Assembly: GCA_002269645.1 (NCBI GenBank)
Contig: NIVC01002617.1
Location: 62,001 to 126,000 of the forward strand
Length of the DNA: 64,000 nt
DNA from: Macrostomum lignano
Lineage: Eukaryota
Direction of reading: 5' to 3'
The notes under the pieces were generated by a model. The model was not told where the DNA came from. It saw nothing but the letters and a program-made list of their open reading frames with translations, and made no database searches. A program made the translations under genes and the position numbers. Shown piece by piece: positions 63,956-64,000 of the stretch (position 1 is the first letter of the stretch; each line of letters begins with the position of its first letter).

Positions 63956-64000
63956 AGTTTTTTTGCCATCCTACTGAGACGGCCCCCTTGCCCTCCCTCT

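Overview
Eukaryotic (metazoan) genomic DNA, not prokaryotic. GC-rich exons are separated by introns, many of them filled by minisatellites; this architecture suggests the flatworm Macrostomum, but that is inference only. Four spliced genes were reconstructed by hand from GT-AG junctions and reading-frame phase. (1) A class A peptide-receptor-like GPCR (+, 3066-5266). (2) VPS4 (-, 12056-29529), whose 15-nt first coding exon lies 14 kb from exon 2 across a transposon-filled intron. (3) A CEP89/CCDC123-like gene (+, 29950-37767), head-to-head with VPS4. (4) A very long coiled-coil PMFBP1-like gene (-, 40361 to at least 63126), 5' end not found, with one apparent 1-bp frameshift. An intronless 110-aa ORF (signal peptide, Cys-rich domain, TM helix) follows CEP89. 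The rest is a decayed Ty3/gypsy element with nested DNA transposons, several MITE/hAT elements, a decayed intron-containing transposase, a tRNA-derived SINE family (5 copies) and about 25 tandem-repeat arrays. Strongest oddities: a minisatellite made from a SINE Pol III A-box, kilobase CpG-free tracts confined to VPS4 intron 1, the small Cys-rich membrane protein in an operon-like position, and an RFX X-box marking a possible internal promoter. I found no convincing wholly new biological system; these are leads.
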